A model generated the notes under the pieces. The model worked only from the letters and a program-made list of their open reading frames with translations, was not told where the DNA came from and searched no databases. From the NCBI GenBank assembly GCA_965198005.1, contig CBDAOI010000004.1:1504001-1568000 (forward strand): a stretch of DNA of 64,000 nucleotides, read 5' to 3'. Positions 62,289 to 64,000 of the stretch are shown here, one piece after another. Numbering within the stretch: the stretch's first letter is position 1; every line of letters starts with the position of its first letter. Both the position numbers and the translations under genes were made by a program. Source of the stretch: Spirochaetia bacterium. Its GTDB lineage: Bacteria > Spirochaetota > Spirochaetia > SZUA-6 > Bin103.

Positions 62289-62579
62289 TCAGTCGGGTCC
62301 ACGGCGTGCCAGGGCGCGTTCGAAGCTCACCAGGCTGCGGATCAGGGCGTTGTACTGCGAATGGGCGCCGTTGCCGTGCTGCGCCGCGAGCAGTCGGTAG
62401 AGCGCCAACTCCGGCTCGCGGTAGAGACCGGGTTGCGCGGGCAGGTCGAAACCGAGGCTGCGCAGCCGCGGCCGGCCGATTGCGACCAGCAGCGCTGCGC
62501 TGCTGGTTTCGCCCGCTCGATACGAACGCAGGCCGGCGTCGATCAGTGCGGCGGCGGGGAGCCGGGGGTCGAGCTTCAT
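62289..62579 (-). CDS. Hypothetical partner of the DUF6036 nucleotidyltransferase
   Basis: ATGA overlap; LPAAALIDAGL..ALLVAIGRPRL..PELALYRLL..AHSQYNALIRSLVSFERAL. Confidence 0.7.
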   Translation of the reverse strand: MKLDPRLPAAALIDAGLRSYRAGETSSAALLVAIGRPRLRSLGFDLPAQPGLYREPELALYRLLAAQHGNGAHSQYNALIRSLVSFERALARRGPD

Positions 62580-63106
62580 CCCTGCAGCTCCGCGACCGTG
62601 CGTTCGACCTGCCGCCGCAAGGTGGGCGGATCCAGGGCGGGGTAACGCACGAGCTGGGATGCGATTGCCTCGAACAGCCGCAGCAACGTATCCGGCTCGA
62701 TCAGCTCCAGTCTGTGTAGGGCCGCGACATCCTCCAGGTCCTGGGCGTGACCACGTTCGATCTTGCTCAGTGCCTGAGCGTAGAAGTCGTAATGATGGAA
62801 GGAGACTTGGCCGTGACGCGCCACCAACGGGCTCCGCTCGCGCCATCCCGGTAGCGGCGGAATGAACTGATCGGGAGCAGCCAGCTCGATGTTGATGTCG
62901 AGCCTGTCCTTAAGCTCGGCGATCGCCTCGAACGCCCCGGCCGGCTCGGGGTCGAGCTTGAGATCCACGTCCACCGTGGCGGCGCGCCAGCCGAGCAGCA
63001 CCGCCGATGCGCCGCCAACCAGGTAGACACGGCCGGCGCCGCGGCAGGAGTGGCCGAGACTCGCCATGAAGTGCTGAAGACGCTCGGCGTCAGTGAGCCG
63101 GCGCAC
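62576..63106 (-). CDS. DUF6036-family nucleotidyltransferase
   Basis: VYLVGGASAVLLGWRAATVDVDL, INIELAAP..FIP, ALSKIERGHAQDLEDV. Confidence 0.82.
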   Translation of the reverse strand: MRRLTDAERLQHFMASLGHSCRGAGRVYLVGGASAVLLGWRAATVDVDLKLDPEPAGAFEAIAELKDRLDINIELAAPDQFIPPLPGWRERSPLVARHGQVSFHHYDFYAQALSKIERGHAQDLEDVAALHRLELIEPDTLLRLFEAIASQLVRYPALDPPTLRRQVERTVAELQG

Positions 63107-63199
63107 GGCCCGCCTCGCCGTCGGTCGCTGCCAGGAACGCTCGCACAGGTCAATCATAGGCCCATATGTGGTTCTCTGCGAGATCGGCGTTACCGGGCG

Positions 63200-64000
63200 T
63201 TGCTGGCCGCCGACCACTACTGCGTGCCGCCGCTCGAACGAATCGATCTGGGCGACATCCTCTCGCTGATCGGCACCAAGCGCTACTTCGTGCTGCACGC
63301 GCCGCGCCAGACCGGCAAGACCTCGGCGCTGCTGGCCTGCGCGATCTGCTGAACGGGGGCGCCACGGCAGGTACCGCTGCGCCTACGTGAACGTCGAGGC
63401 CGGCCAGGCGGCACGCGAAAACCAAGCGGAGGCGATGCGCGCCATCCTCAGCGAACTGGAAGTCGAGGCGGAGGCGTCGCTCGCCGACCCGTTGCCCGCC
63501 ACCCTGTGGCCGGGGCTGCTGGATCGAGCCGGCCCGCTGGGAGTGCTGCGGCAAGTGTTGACGCGGTGGGCGCAGGCCGACTCCGCGCCGCTGGTGCTGC
63601 TGATCGACGAGATCGACACGCTCGTCGGCGACACGTTGATCGCCGTGCTGCGCCAGTTGCGCACCGGCTACCCGCACCGCCCGCGCCGCTTCCCGCAGAG
63701 CGTCATTCTGTGCGGCGTGCCCGACGTACGCGACTACCGCATCCATTCTTCGGCCGAGAACGCGATCGTCACCGGCGGCAGCGCCTTCAACATCAAGGCC
63801 GAGTCGCTGCGCATCGGGGACTTCTCGGAGGCCGAGGTGCGCGCTCTGCTCGACCAGCACACTGCCGAGACCGGACAGCGGTTCGCCGAGGAGGCGCTGC
63901 AGGCGGTGTGGGATCTGACCGCCGGCCAGCCGTGGCTGGTCAACGCCCTGGCCCAGCAAGCCTGCTTTCGGAACGAAGCCGGGCGCGACCGCAGCCGCGG
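63200..64000 (+). pseudogene. AAA-like ATPase, frameshifted, runs off the window edge
   Basis: HYCVPPLERI..YFVLHAPRQTGKTS; YVNVE..LVLLIDEIDTL..LRQLRTGY..GGSAFNIKAESL in other frames. Confidence 0.82.

Noticed and set aside
47620-63200. Integron cassette array, given the many small TA modules
   Set aside because: No integrase, no recurring attC-like sites recognised, and mixed gene orientations

Overview
High-GC bacterial DNA, probably from a spirochaete. This is inferred from a DnaJ-TPR / SurA-like PPIase / nusB / TP0733-like beta-barrel cluster, a bactofilin and a pallilysin-related adhesin-like gene. Two largely intact housekeeping blocks (about 15.4-27.4 kb: acetolactate synthase, ddl, pgi, hslO, nusB; about 37.6-47.6 kb: map, bactofilin, purB, guaA) alternate with three heavily decayed accessory tracts (0-15.4, 27.4-37.6 and 47.6-64 kb). 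The accessory tracts hold about a dozen toxin-antitoxin-type modules, an SNF2-SWIM pair, a broken SF1 helicase-Vsr-like gene, IS fragments and many internally deleted or rearranged gene copies. The most notable structure is a ~2.4 kb unit (32888-35326). It is bounded by an exact 12-bp direct repeat (CGTATCAATAGG) and ~20-bp terminal inverted repeats, carries a second nested copy of its left end, and has a DUF222-HNH endonuclease as its only gene, with no DDE transposase or recombinase. No rRNA, tRNA or CRISPR array was recognised. All family assignments come from motif recognition by eye, not from database searches.
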